Source: Fistulifera solaris
Lineage: Eukaryota
Assembly: GCA_030295235.1 (NCBI GenBank)
Contig: AP026154.1
Coordinates: 496,001 to 560,000, forward strand
Length of the DNA: 64,000 bases
Reading direction: 5' to 3'
The notes under the pieces were generated by a model that ran no database searches, was not told the DNA's origin, and worked only from the letters and a program-made list of their open reading frames with translations. Position 1 is the first letter of the stretch. Each line of letters begins with the position of its first letter. Below, piece by piece: positions 63,110 to 64,000 of this stretch. A program made the position numbers and the translations under genes.

Positions 63110-63860
63110 AAAGACGGCAAAGAATGTGAGCTCTGACTATGTCGTCCTTCCCGCTGCTTCTTCGACCGGTCTACTGTCCCATTGAAATGTTTCAATGGCC
63201 ATCAACAAATACCCTTGAGTTGTGAATCAATATCGTCCAGATTGTCATTGCCATAAACAGCCTCTTGTCTTTCGAAATGATGGCCAGCCTCCTCTTACTC
63301 GTTGTCTTCATCCTTGTTTTTCTCGATCACACTGTCAACATAAATTCTTTACCTTGACACAATACAATCCACTGATTTCTCAACTGGCCGCCGAGATACT
63401 ACCACGACGATTCAAAATTCAATTGATACAAAACGCCATGACAAGCCCTGTTGTGATGATGCTGCTCGTAAATTTCGTGGAAATTGTGCATTGATTCCAA
63501 TTGAATTGCAAGAGATTTCGTTATGCCAGTGCGGAGAGTTGTCGGTATCACCGTACAAGCCCAAAAAGTTTCTTAGATAGAGCGAAACAGCTGAAACAGA
63601 CACAGTCAGAGCCAGCTTTATCCGAGCAACCTGCATCTCCAGAAAACCAAAAGTTTTGCATCAACTGATCGGATTATTCAAATGGCGAGCGAATGAAGCA
63701 CAAATAAATAGAACAACTGTCGTCTAAATCCATCACAGAACCTGCAAGGCCTGAAGAGGACGCGGTTTTCTTCGACTGGGCAGGAAACCACGGAAGAAAT
63801 GTACAATCAAAGCAACCTTATGGATCCATAGAGCATATCACTTGTAAATCCAGAATTTTG
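63110..63860 (-). pseudogene. Decayed duplicate of the mRNA cap methyltransferase catalytic region
   Basis: 63215-63249 matches 58596-58630 at 30/35; 63475-63502 matches 58863-58890 at 26/28; 63323-63359 matches 58698-58733. In-frame stop at 63295-63297, plus indels and large deletions. Ends approximate. Confidence 0.85.
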
Positions 63861-64000
63861 CCTCAACCAGTGAAGGAGATATTCGTACTACGTACGAAAA
63901 TGAAGATAAGATGGTACAAATAATTCGTACTACTTTGTTTGTCCTTCTATGTCCGTGCTTCTGTCGCACCAAGTAGCACGTACCGGTAGTAGTAGTACGG

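Overview
Gene-dense eukaryotic nuclear DNA, most likely from a diatom. That taxon call is inferred from the short GT-AG introns, bipartite signal+transit leaders, a DUF6824-type gene and a diatom-style HSF gene. About 35 protein-coding genes can be modelled. Recognisable products include NOT2, a GDP-fucose transporter, GluRS, RNR small subunit, PP5, RPS16, HSF, CDC27, a TMX3-like PDI, SppA, an SGNH-like protein, a DUF482/FemAB-like protein, FKBP, COG6, a chorein-N-like protein, an MFS sugar transporter, an LPMO, mannitol dehydrogenase, a PAP2 phosphatase, Sec61-gamma, class II PRPP synthase, FTR1, mRNA cap methyltransferase and two PPC-like paralogs. Sixteen single-base frame breaks in 13 genes all lie in base runs (mostly 4-7 nt) and go in both directions, so they are best read as assembly errors. 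The most notable signals are: (1) an intact RNR R2 subunit with a signal peptide plus RGG-containing transit-like leader; (2) a spliced His-brace LPMO with a CBM1-like tail, lying between a polyol/sugar transporter and a mannitol dehydrogenase; (3) a gene-free AT-rich island (about 29% GC by hand count) resembling a diatom centromere; (4) a recurrent intergenic TACGGAGTA element; (5) a decayed duplicate of the cap methyltransferase next to the tandem PPC-like genes. No rRNA, convincing tRNA, CRISPR array or intact transposon was found. All family calls come from motif recognition, not database searches.
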